From: a virus
Taxonomy: Duplodnaviria; Heunggongvirae; Uroviricota; Caudoviricetes
Strand: one strand, 5' to 3'
Length of the DNA: 64,000 nt
Virus record (IMG/VR): IMGVR_UViG_3300020577_007897
The notes beneath the pieces are model-generated. The model was not told where the DNA came from, did not search any database, and worked only from the letters and a program-made list of their open reading frames with translations. The position numbers and the translations under genes were made by a program. Positions 35,595 through 44,100 of the stretch are shown here, one piece after another (the stretch's first letter is position 1; each line of letters starts with the position of its first letter).

Positions 35595-36062
35595 TTGCTC
35601 AAGCACCAACACGTAATCATCCGCGCCGAGGTAAACCAACCACCTGGTGCTAACGATATCGATTCAACTCAACTGTGGTTCAAGAACCTTATTGAAGCGA
35701 TCGGTATGAAGATTCTTTTAGGACCATTTGTTGTATATTGCGACATGCCTGGTAATCGTGGGATGACCGGCATTAGTGCTATTGAGACAAGTTCTATTAC
35801 ATTGCATGCCTGGGACGAAGATTCGCCCGGTGTTGTCCAGCTAGATGTTTATACTTGCGCTGACCTCGATTTGAGTATAGTATTAGATCATCTGAAGGTG
35901 TTTGCACCAACAGAAGTAGAATATCACTTTATTGATCGAGATGCAGACAAGTGGGAGGACTGTTGTGGTTCTGTTACTTGCGGTTGTGCAAACACTCCTT
36001 CCAAGATCAAGGTGATTGATCAGGGAAAGGTTTCATATATGCAAGCCCAAGCAGCGGAATAA
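35595..36062 (+). CDS. speD: S-adenosylmethionine decarboxylase proenzyme (class 1a, SpeH/SpeD-like), probable TTG start
   Basis: ETSSITLHAWDED...LDVYTCA aligns with [23 protein letters not shown] (the self-processing Ser). HQHVIIRAE resembles GRHLVAEF. No in-frame ATG exists; TTG 35595 lies 14 nt after GGAGG. Confidence 0.7.
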   Translation: MLKHQHVIIRAEVNQPPGANDIDSTQLWFKNLIEAIGMKILLGPFVVYCDMPGNRGMTGISAIETSSITLHAWDEDSPGVVQLDVYTCADLDLSIVLDHLKVFAPTEVEYHFIDRDADKWEDCCGSVTCGCANTPSKIKVIDQGKVSYMQAQAAE

Positions 36063-36301
36063 TGGCTGAACTTATTTACATCGAGAATTTGGTTAACATT
36101 TCTCAAAAGATCGAAAAGCTAGTTGAAAAGCATGGCATTGATTATATCGATGCCTGCTTGCTTTATTGTGAAAAGAATGGTGTTGAAATTGAACAGCTAG
36201 CCGATATTATTAAAAAGAATCCAAACATCAAAGGTAAGTTGCAAGGCGAAGCTGAAGCTCTTAACTTTATGAAGGAGAAAAGAACAAGGATAGTGCTATG
36301 A
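36062..36301 (+). CDS. hypothetical protein
   Basis: 79 aa. Confidence 0.4.
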   Translation: MAELIYIENLVNISQKIEKLVEKHGIDYIDACLLYCEKNGVEIEQLADIIKKNPNIKGKLQGEAEALNFMKEKRTRIVL

Positions 36302-36513
36302 AAGATGTTATTGTGGAGATGCGCTGCCCGGCTGTTCAAATGAACTCGCGCATTACAATTACTCTAGATACTATGGAGCCAGCAGATGTAAAGGTATTGC
36401 TTGATCATCTGCAAGGCGAAATAAACTACCTGCTTAATGTGTATAAGCATGGTCAAAACTGGCCTCAGAAGCTTGAAGCAGGCGAAATTAAACCAGAGGA
36501 GATTTACGTATGA
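36298..36513 (+). CDS. hypothetical protein
   Basis: 71 aa. Confidence 0.4.
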   Translation: MKDVIVEMRCPAVQMNSRITITLDTMEPADVKVLLDHLQGEINYLLNVYKHGQNWPQKLEAGEIKPEEIYV

Positions 36514-36692
36514 ACGAGAAAGACAATAAGGACATTACTGATAAGTCACTTGATTGGGCTAAGCAGAATCCTACATTGACTGGCGCGGCAGCCGGTGCAG
36601 TTGTAGGTTCAGTTGTTCCTGTTATTGGAACAGCAGCTGGCGCAATTGTAGGCGCTATTATCGGACATTTGTCAGGTAAAGACGGAAAGTAA
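36510..36692 (+). CDS. glycine-zipper membrane protein
   Basis: GAAAGAVVGSVVPVIGTAAGAIVGAIIGHLSG. Confidence 0.45.
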   Translation: MNEKDNKDITDKSLDWAKQNPTLTGAAAGAVVGSVVPVIGTAAGAIVGAIIGHLSGKDGK

Positions 36693-36696
36693 TGCA

Positions 36697-36722
36697 GGGC
36701 CCGGCTGCGGGCCCTTTTGTTA
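36697..36722 (+). terminator. strong rho-independent terminator
   Basis: GGGCCCG-GCTG-CGGGCCC followed by TTTTGTTATT. Confidence 0.7.
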
Positions 36723-36735
36723 TTAGGAGATTAAT

Positions 36736-36927
36736 ATGACTGTAAGTGAACTTATTATTGAACTAGCACGTGTTGAAGATCAGAATGCTAAGATTGTATT
36801 CTATTACAATGATTTGGATGGTACAGAATGTGCCTTTAATGTAGTAGGGCAGGCAAAGCCTGACGCAGAAGAAGTGCAGTGGATTAAAGATGAATTGAAG
36901 AACGTAGCAGTCTTTGTATTGAGTTAA
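36736..36927 (+). CDS. hypothetical protein
   Basis: RBS AGGAG before the ATG. 63 aa. Confidence 0.45.
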   Translation: MTVSELIIELARVEDQNAKIVFYYNDLDGTECAFNVVGQAKPDAEEVQWIKDELKNVAVFVLS

Positions 36928-36929
36928 TC

Positions 36930-37796
36930 ATGACATTTCGACCTATCCTAGCTGAAACTCTGGACGATCCTTCCGTAATTAATTATCCAGTAGTTGCATC
37001 TCCCAAGCTCGACGGTATTCGCTGTCTTATTATTGATGGCGTAGCTGTCTCGCGATCTCTTAAGCCAATTCCCAACAAGTTTATCCAGCGAATTCTATCT
37101 GGCATGCCCGCCTTTGACGGTGAGCTAATGCTTGATGGTGCTAACTTTGACTCTGTTCAAAGTGCTGTAATGAGTGAAGATGGAGAACCAGCTTTTACGT
37201 ATTGGGTATTTGATATCCATAACCTAGGTGCTGGTTTTCTAGAACGTTATAACATGCTTGTCCGTACTGTCAGAGAACTTAACAACCCATATGTCAAAGT
37301 TTTAGAGCATGCGATTGCTGATTCTGTATTTGGATTAGCCAATTACGTTGCTAAGAATGCTGGTGATGGGTTTGAAGGTACTATGGTTCGCGATCCAAAT
37401 GGTCGCTATAAGCATGGTAGATCTACTCTCAAGGAAGCACTACTTCTCAAGATTAAAGCTTGGTATGATCTAGAAGGCAAGGTAATTGGCTTCAAAGAAC
37501 AGCTTAAAAATACAAATGAGAAAGAGAAGGACAAGAGAGGTCTTTCTAAGCGATCGAGCAAGAAAGAAGGTAAGGTGCCTGCTGATACGCTCGGTTCGTT
37601 AGTATGTGTAATGGAAAATGGTAATGAGTTCGATGTGGGCTCTGGACTTACAGCTGCACAAAGAAAGCATATTTGGAAGAATCAAGACAAGTTCCTTGGT
37701 AAATATGTGACTGTAACGTACCAAGAACTTACAAAGGACGGAGTACCTAGATTCCCTGTATATAAGGGATTTAGAGATGAGAAAGATATGTCATGA
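36930..37796 (+). CDS. ATP-dependent DNA (or RNA) ligase, minimal Chlorella-virus-like size
   Basis: Motif I SPKLDGIR, motif III AFDGELMLDG, motif IV FEGTMVRD, motif V LLLKIKAW. 288 aa. Confidence 0.85.
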   Translation: MTFRPILAETLDDPSVINYPVVASPKLDGIRCLIIDGVAVSRSLKPIPNKFIQRILSGMPAFDGELMLDGANFDSVQSAVMSEDGEPAFTYWVFDIHNLGAGFLERYNMLVRTVRELNNPYVKVLEHAIADSVFGLANYVAKNAGDGFEGTMVRDPNGRYKHGRSTLKEALLLKIKAWYDLEGKVIGFKEQLKNTNEKEKDKRGLSKRSSKKEGKVPADTLGSLVCVMENGNEFDVGSGLTAAQRKHIWKNQDKFLGKYVTVTYQELTKDGVPRFPVYKGFRDEKDMS

Positions 37797-38128
37797 CAAA
37801 AGTATTTGCAAAACATCCTCCATATGAGAATGGTCATTTAGGCGAGGTGATGGAAGATATGAAGCTAGCTGGCCCTCCTACTGTTCGTGTTATGCGATTT
37901 AATGGAGAGCTATTTGCCACAGAAGCTTCACATCGTCTTGCTTCTGCTGCTCTGATGGGACTTATTCCCAAAGTTGTAATTGAAGTTGAGCAATCTGACA
38001 CTCTTCCTAATGAACATTGGCAAAAGGTAGCCACGACTCTTCCTTCATATGATTATGACCATGTGTTGAAACTAGATCTCGAAGTGTTTAATTCTGATAA
38101 GTACAAGCATCTAGATGAGCCCGTTTGA
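37793..38128 (+). CDS. hypothetical protein
   Basis: 111 aa. Confidence 0.45.
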   Translation: MTKVFAKHPPYENGHLGEVMEDMKLAGPPTVRVMRFNGELFATEASHRLASAALMGLIPKVVIEVEQSDTLPNEHWQKVATTLPSYDYDHVLKLDLEVFNSDKYKHLDEPV

Positions 38129-38696
38129 AGCCTATAAGCTGTACGTAGCTATTCGCAATCACTTTAGACAGAAGAGCTACGACTACTTTAAGTACAAAGG
38201 TAAACTGACATTTACTATTGCTGCTTATCACAAGCGCAATGATAAATGGCTGTTTGAAAGACTTGCATCGCGATCAGATCCGTTAGGTTGGCTGGTCGCT
38301 AATTTTGTCACAAATGACAGCTTTTGGTTGGGTGATGCTGGTGAGCTTGATCTTACCTATCGCGATCGAAAGAAGGTATGGGATGCACAAACCCATTTCT
38401 TTACACAAGATATTAAGAAGCTCAAAAAGCCAATTAAAGAGCTGATTGAAGTAAAAGATGGCATGCCAGAAATTATTCTGCGCTATCTGAATAAAGACAT
38501 CTCAATTGAGACTATTACAATCTTTGCCGATGTAGTTGGTTGTTACAGCTACTGGAACAAAGAACTCAAGAATGATATCATTTGGGATCATATAGGACTT
38601 AAGCTCAAGAAGTACAAACCGTTTCTTTCCTACGACAAGAAAAAGTATCTTGACATAGTGAAAAAGCATTGCACTCTGGTCAACGAGTCTGTATAA
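38115..38696 (+). CDS. 59: helicase loader gp59 homolog
   Basis: YKLYVAIRNHFRQKSYDYFKY resembles T4 gp59 YKLYLMIKQHMNGKYDVIKY. It sits immediately upstream of gp32. Confidence 0.7.
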   Translation: MSPFEAYKLYVAIRNHFRQKSYDYFKYKGKLTFTIAAYHKRNDKWLFERLASRSDPLGWLVANFVTNDSFWLGDAGELDLTYRDRKKVWDAQTHFFTQDIKKLKKPIKELIEVKDGMPEIILRYLNKDISIETITIFADVVGCYSYWNKELKNDIIWDHIGLKLKKYKPFLSYDKKKYLDIVKKHCTLVNESV

Positions 38697-38773
38697 TAGC
38701 TAAATATTGACGGTGCTGGTCACCACAATATTAAAAATACGAACAATACACACAATATAAGGAATATACTAAT

Positions 38774-39670
38774 ATGGCTAATACATCATTTGCACAACTT
38801 AAGAAGTCCCGCCAGGCACAGCTTGATAAGCTAACCGAAGCAATTAACGCTCAGAGTGCCAAAGCAAATCCCAAAGACGATTCTGATATGTACTGGAAGC
38901 CAACTGTAGACAAGGCTGGTAACGGCATGGCTACGATTCGTTTTCTTCCTGCTCCTATGGGTGAAGATCTTCCATTTGTTCGCGTATTCTCTCATGCATT
39001 CCAGGGCCCAACTGGCTCATGGTACATTAATAACTCCCTAACCACTATCGGTCTTAAGGACCCTGTTGGTGAGTTGAATGCAAAGCTGTGGAATAGCGGC
39101 GTTGAGTCTGATAAGGAAATTGCTCGTAAGCAGAAGCGTACTCTTAAGTACTATGCAAACGTATACATCGAAAAGGATTCTGGCAATCCTGAAAACGAAG
39201 GTAAGGTTAAGATCTTTACTTTTGGTAAGAAGATTTTCGATAAGCTTAATGAGGCTATGAACCCTCAGTTTGAGGACGAGCAGCCTATGAATCCATTTGA
39301 TCTATGGAGCGGTGCATCGTTTAAGCTCAAGATTCGTGAGGTAGAAGGCTACCGTAACTATGACAAGTCTGAGTTTAACTCTCCTGCTCCGTTGTTTGAA
39401 GACGAAGATAAGATGGAAGCTGTCTGGAAGCAGTGTCATTCACTCCAGCAGTTTGTTGATCCTAAGAACTTTAAGACTTGGGATGAATTGAAGAGTAAGC
39501 TTGATAGCGTATTGGGGCTTGATGCTCCAGTTAAGCGCAAGGCAGTAGAAGAGGACGATGAGTCTCCTTTTATTGATACTCCAAAGGCAAAGTCTAAGCC
39601 TTCTAAGGTTGAAGCAGCAGATGAATCAGATGATCTTGATGCATTGCTGTCTAAGCTAAATGCAGACTAA
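38774..39670 (+). CDS. 32: single-stranded DNA-binding protein gp32 homolog
   Basis: AGNGMATIRFLP (T4 AGNGQAVIRFLP); ENEGKVKIFTFGKKIFDK (T4 ENEGKVFKYRFGKKIWDK); acidic C-terminus. Confidence 0.9.
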   Translation: MANTSFAQLKKSRQAQLDKLTEAINAQSAKANPKDDSDMYWKPTVDKAGNGMATIRFLPAPMGEDLPFVRVFSHAFQGPTGSWYINNSLTTIGLKDPVGELNAKLWNSGVESDKEIARKQKRTLKYYANVYIEKDSGNPENEGKVKIFTFGKKIFDKLNEAMNPQFEDEQPMNPFDLWSGASFKLKIREVEGYRNYDKSEFNSPAPLFEDEDKMEAVWKQCHSLQQFVDPKNFKTWDELKSKLDSVLGLDAPVKRKAVEEDDESPFIDTPKAKSKPSKVEAADESDDLDALLSKLNAD

Positions 39671-39691
39671 ACCCTAACTTTCGTGAGAGCA

Positions 39692-39726
39692 AAAGAGCGG
39701 CCATTACAGCCGCTCTTTTTTTATTT
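39692..39726. terminator. bidirectional rho-independent terminator between convergent genes
   Basis: AAAGAGCGGC-cattaca-GCCGCTCTTT flanked by an A-run and TTTTTTTATTT. It overlaps the stop of the minus-strand gene. Confidence 0.7.
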
Positions 39727-40566
39727 GTTCATAACCTCAAATGGTGCAAAGACCAACCTGATAGGTAATGTGACGATCTCAAGCATGTTGAGATCTTTTT
39801 CTTTCTTTAATGGTGATTTCCAATGAGCTACATTGCCCATCGGAACTGATGGCATAGCATTATGCTTTTTCAACCATCCTTGCACAAATGGATTAGCGCC
39901 AGTATAGATTCTACCCAACCCTTGACCCTCTCCCAATGACATGTGCATATTATCTACACCCAACCCGCCTTTTCTTTTCCCCTGAATAGCAGTAAAATAA
40001 AGGCCACTTGATAGCTGATTAGCTACATTGAGTCCATATTTGGTATGCAGATACTTGTATGATCCTTGTGCTAGCACTTCATATGTTCTATACGTATGAG
40101 GATTATCGTACGCATTGTCCATAATATCGCGAGTGCCTCCTACAAACTGGCCAAGAAAGCGATCGAAGATCTGCAGATCAACTGCTCTCCCAACTGAATG
40201 TAGCATTGCTGCTGGTCTCATTCCTCCTTGAGGCTGTACGACATATCTTGTATTGGGGTCATTTGGATCGCCAAAAGCAATCTTTGCCCCTTCAAATATA
40301 GCCTCGACAAGTTGTCTATTAACACCCTGTCTAATCAGATTGTCGAATGATAGGTTTGGACCAGGTCCATATAATACCTTAGGCATTTTTGGCTTTTGCT
40401 TTAATGCTTCTGGTATTACTACTGGATACACCAGATGCGGCAGCTCAATTGCTGGCATGGGTGTATAACTTCCCTCTGTTTTACTTGATGTACTATTATA
40501 GATGACCACAGAAAGAACAATTACGTTTACGCAAGCCAGAAGCCTGCGCAACCTTAACGGTTTCAT
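39721..40566 (-). CDS. M15-family zinc peptidase with N-terminal signal anchor (endolysin or cell-wall peptidase candidate)
   Basis: MLHSVGRAVDL (HxxGxAxD) and GVDNMHMS (DxxH). N-terminus MKPLRLRRLLACVNVIVLSVVIY. RBS AAGGAA. Confidence 0.55.
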   Translation of the reverse strand: MKPLRLRRLLACVNVIVLSVVIYNSTSSKTEGSYTPMPAIELPHLVYPVVIPEALKQKPKMPKVLYGPGPNLSFDNLIRQGVNRQLVEAIFEGAKIAFGDPNDPNTRYVVQPQGGMRPAAMLHSVGRAVDLQIFDRFLGQFVGGTRDIMDNAYDNPHTYRTYEVLAQGSYKYLHTKYGLNVANQLSSGLYFTAIQGKRKGGLGVDNMHMSLGEGQGLGRIYTGANPFVQGWLKKHNAMPSVPMGNVAHWKSPLKKEKDLNMLEIVTLPIRLVFAPFEVMNK

Positions 40567-40586
40567 ATGTGTTTCCTTTTAGTTGT

Positions 40587-41135
40587 TTACGATAGGAATT
40601 TTCTGCAATTATTAAAATGATACCTACGCATGTTTGCAGAATATTTTTGAGTATGACCACAATGAGGACATGATATAATAGGGGCACTTGCATCTCTAGT
40701 TTGAGCTGCTTTTTTAATAGCCTGTCTACCTGCTGCAGACTTTTTAACCCCTATATTTGCTTTACCTGCTTTTACTTTATTAGCAATTTCTTTATCAGTA
40801 AACCCTTCTTTTTGTTTACGTTCATTGTATAACGCAAACCCCGGAGATGCGGCTTTTGCAACAGCATACATTCTTGCAGTAAAAATCCTATGCTGTTGTG
40901 GTCTTCCACACGCCATGCGCCAAAATGCATGAGCTATTTTAGGATTATTTGGATGTATTTTCCATAATAAATGATGTGCAACATAGTGTGCTTTAATAGG
41001 TAATAATACTAAATTTTCAGTACTATCATCACCGCCCATGCATTTAGGAAGTATATGATGTTTTTCTGCATATCCTTGTATTATAGAAAAACGATAGTGT
41101 TCAATTAGCTGTTTGTACTTTTTAACATAGTTCAT
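40587..41135 (-). CDS. HNH homing endonuclease
   Basis: EKHHILPKCMGGDDSTENLVLLPIKAHYVAHH. It is inserted between two genes of a minus-strand operon. Confidence 0.75.
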   Translation of the reverse strand: MNYVKKYKQLIEHYRFSIIQGYAEKHHILPKCMGGDDSTENLVLLPIKAHYVAHHLLWKIHPNNPKIAHAFWRMACGRPQQHRIFTARMYAVAKAASPGFALYNERKQKEGFTDKEIANKVKAGKANIGVKKSAAGRQAIKKAAQTRDASAPIISCPHCGHTQKYSANMRRYHFNNCRKFLS

Positions 41136-41176
41136 AATAGGTCTCCTCTTACCTATTATTTATACAAAACAGCCTC

Positions 41177-44100
41177 TTATACAAAGCATCTCCCGTAAGA
41201 ACCCTGTCCGCCACTACCAGGTGATTCTGGTGCACTTTCAGGATTATTTCTGAAGTTTGGTGCTTCAGCCGGTCCTTCAGTACCAGGAGATACTGCTGGA
41301 CCTTGAACTGGCTGTTCTGCAGGCGCAGTGCCAGGATCATTATTTTCAGGTGCTACGAAACCTTTTTCAGGAGCATAGCCTTTATCTGTATCAGGTGCCA
41401 TTGGCGCGATTGATTGCGGTAATTCAGCTGGTGATGGTTCAAAGCCAGGAACTGTTGGTTGAGGCTCTGGTCCTGTTGGTGTAGCTGCATTAGGCTTATC
41501 ACCGCCATAGAATCTTTCAATCCAATTTAATGGGTTGTAAGCACTTCCTTTTAATGGCTGGCCAAATACTTTCTTAGTTGCAGGCGGAACCTGTACTCCA
41601 TCTGGTGGGGGTGGTACAGGCCCTTCACCGGTTGATGGCCCGGGGCCTGTTGGTTTTTGAATAGGTTGAGCAACAGGCTTATCAAATGCAGGATCGTTAC
41701 CGTCGTTAGGTGCATTTGGATCATCACCTGGACGAGGCGGGCTTACATCGCCGTTCTTTTTGAAATTAGTAGCAGCTTCTTCAGGTGTAAGAACTTTTAC
41801 ATTACCAGCTCTCTTTTCTATTTCTGCTTGTTCTTTTGTAAGAATTCTAAACTCATGAGGTTGACCTTTAGGCGAGGGCAAGAAAGCCAACGTAGCAGTT
41901 GGATTTTCTTTTACATATTGAAGAATATGGGCTCGTGCCCCATTTGGTCCGCCCCATTTATCATATGGAATAGCCAAACAACCTTCTGAATATAACTTAT
42001 CTAGTTTCGCTGCTGTTAATGCTCCACCATGAATCTGAATTTGTGATCTTGCATTATTGCCGCCATATTTTGGGTCATCAAGATCGATCGGTCTTCCTTC
42101 TTTTCCTACATTAAATACTTGTGCTTTGTCTTGCTTAGAAAGAGGAGTGCCTGAAAGATACCCTTCAATACGCGATGCTCCATATTGAGGAGATAGCTTA
42201 TGATATCCATACGGCATTGATCCTTTACCCCACCCGCCTGTTACAGCTGGGTAGGATTGCTGTCCAAACTGACCAACAGGAGGTACAGTTAACTGGCCTC
42301 TAATAACCCCTGCGCGGCTTCTATTTGCTGCATTTAAATCTACCGGGCTACCCAGTATTGATGGTTTAGCAACTGATTGGGGCTGTTGCGGAGCGTCGCC
42401 ATCAGCTGATACAGCTGGCTTTGACTCTGATAATTTTTTAATATAATCAGAAATACCAGGAGCAGATTGTTCTAATGGCTTAAGAGAATCTGAAGCCTGT
42501 GGTCCACCAGGTACAGCTGTATTAGGCGAACCTTTAAGCGCATCGGCTTGCTTTAAAATATCATTCCAATTTTCATTAAGAAATTTACTTGCAGCGCCGC
42601 CTTCTGGCAATCCTTTGTCTAGAGTTTGTCTCTGGAAAGGCCCGGGCGCGTCTTTTTGAATTTCTCCATGTCCATAAGTTGGTCTTGCATCTTTACCATA
42701 ACCACTATAATCACGGGGCAAAATGCCGCGAGCCACTAAACTTGCAAAATGTTGTTTAAGAGCTGCAGAACTTTTTTCATTTAACTGGCCATCACCAGTT
42801 AGAACTACACCATATGCATTTTTATTCTCAAGATATTGAGCCCCAGGTCTATGACCTCCTGAAATGCTTTCTATTTGATTAGGTCTAGCATCATATGGTC
42901 TTAATTCATGAACCTGGCCATCAGGAGTAATAGCAGTATGATATCCATATGCTCTCGGGCTTGAACCTGGTCTTGTCTCGCCTTCTTTTAATTTTTCAAG
43001 AGTAAGAGGTGACATATGTAATACTGAACCAGCAAATGATGATCTATTCTTCATCGCATCGTCGCCTGAACCGCCAGGGTTTGCATTAGGGACGCGATCG
43101 TCCTTTAAATCTACTGGCTTTGGTCCGCCAAGTTTCATCATTCCTGGTGGATTATCACGCAATGATTTATCAATAGCAGCTTTATCAAGAGCTCTTTCTT
43201 TTTCTTCTTGCTCTTTTGTTAAAGGTTGGGGGCCCCCAGGCGTTGCTTTGCCCGTTGGCACCTCAATAACACCGTCCATTTTCTTAGGTTTAGCAGCTTC
43301 TTCGCGCGCTCTTTGTTCTGCAGCTTCAAATTCACGCTGTTGTTTTAAGCGCCACTGTTTTGTACCAGGTAGGCCCCAATCGTTAAAACGCTCGCCATTA
43401 ATATTAACACCGATACCACCTTGATGATAATTTGGATCACCTGCTGAGCCTTGATCAGTATGACCTTTAATAACATTACTTGTGTAGGCCTGCTCAATTA
43501 GTGCATGCATTCTAGCCGCAAATTTAGGATCGTCCATCTTACGGAGATGAGAATTAATTGATCCTCTATTAATAGGACCATAAAAGCTACGACCCGGTTG
43601 ACCTACAATCATCTGTTCAATTGAAAGAGGCGCTTTACCTTGCTTTGCTCTCATTTCATTCATATATGCAGTACGATTAAACAAAGATTCTGCCACTGCA
43701 GGACCTGCGCCAGGATTTTCTGAACTTATAACTGCTCCAAGCAACCTCTTAAGCTGAGGATTGCTTTCAATTTGACGTTTAAAATCAGCGCGTTGTGCTG
43801 CAAGATATGCTGCCCCGCCAACAACTGGTTGCCCAGGCACTTGCGGTGCCTGAGGTTGATTAGGCTGACCGGGCTGTGGTGGCTGTGCCTGCTGCCCAGG
43901 TTGAGGAACAACTGGTGCAGGTTGCTGCGGCTCCGTAGGTGTAGTATATGATGGAGTATAGCTGCTTCCACCATTATAGCTAGGTCTACCAGGATTATAT
44001 CCACCAGAAAGTGGCTGTGCACCTCTAGCAGCAACAGCCCCGGGGCTGCCCAAACGACCCATATGGCCCTGAAGGAATTCAAAACCAGGAGGCAGCTGGC

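Noticed and set aside
35585-35653. Possible +1 frameshift or sequencing indel at the start of speD (the well-placed ATG at 35585 is in a different frame)
   Set aside because: Homolog alignment places the N-terminus exactly at the in-frame TTG 35595, which still has a usable GGAGG 14 nt upstream. A non-AUG start is the simpler explanation; a sequencing indel cannot be excluded without relatives.
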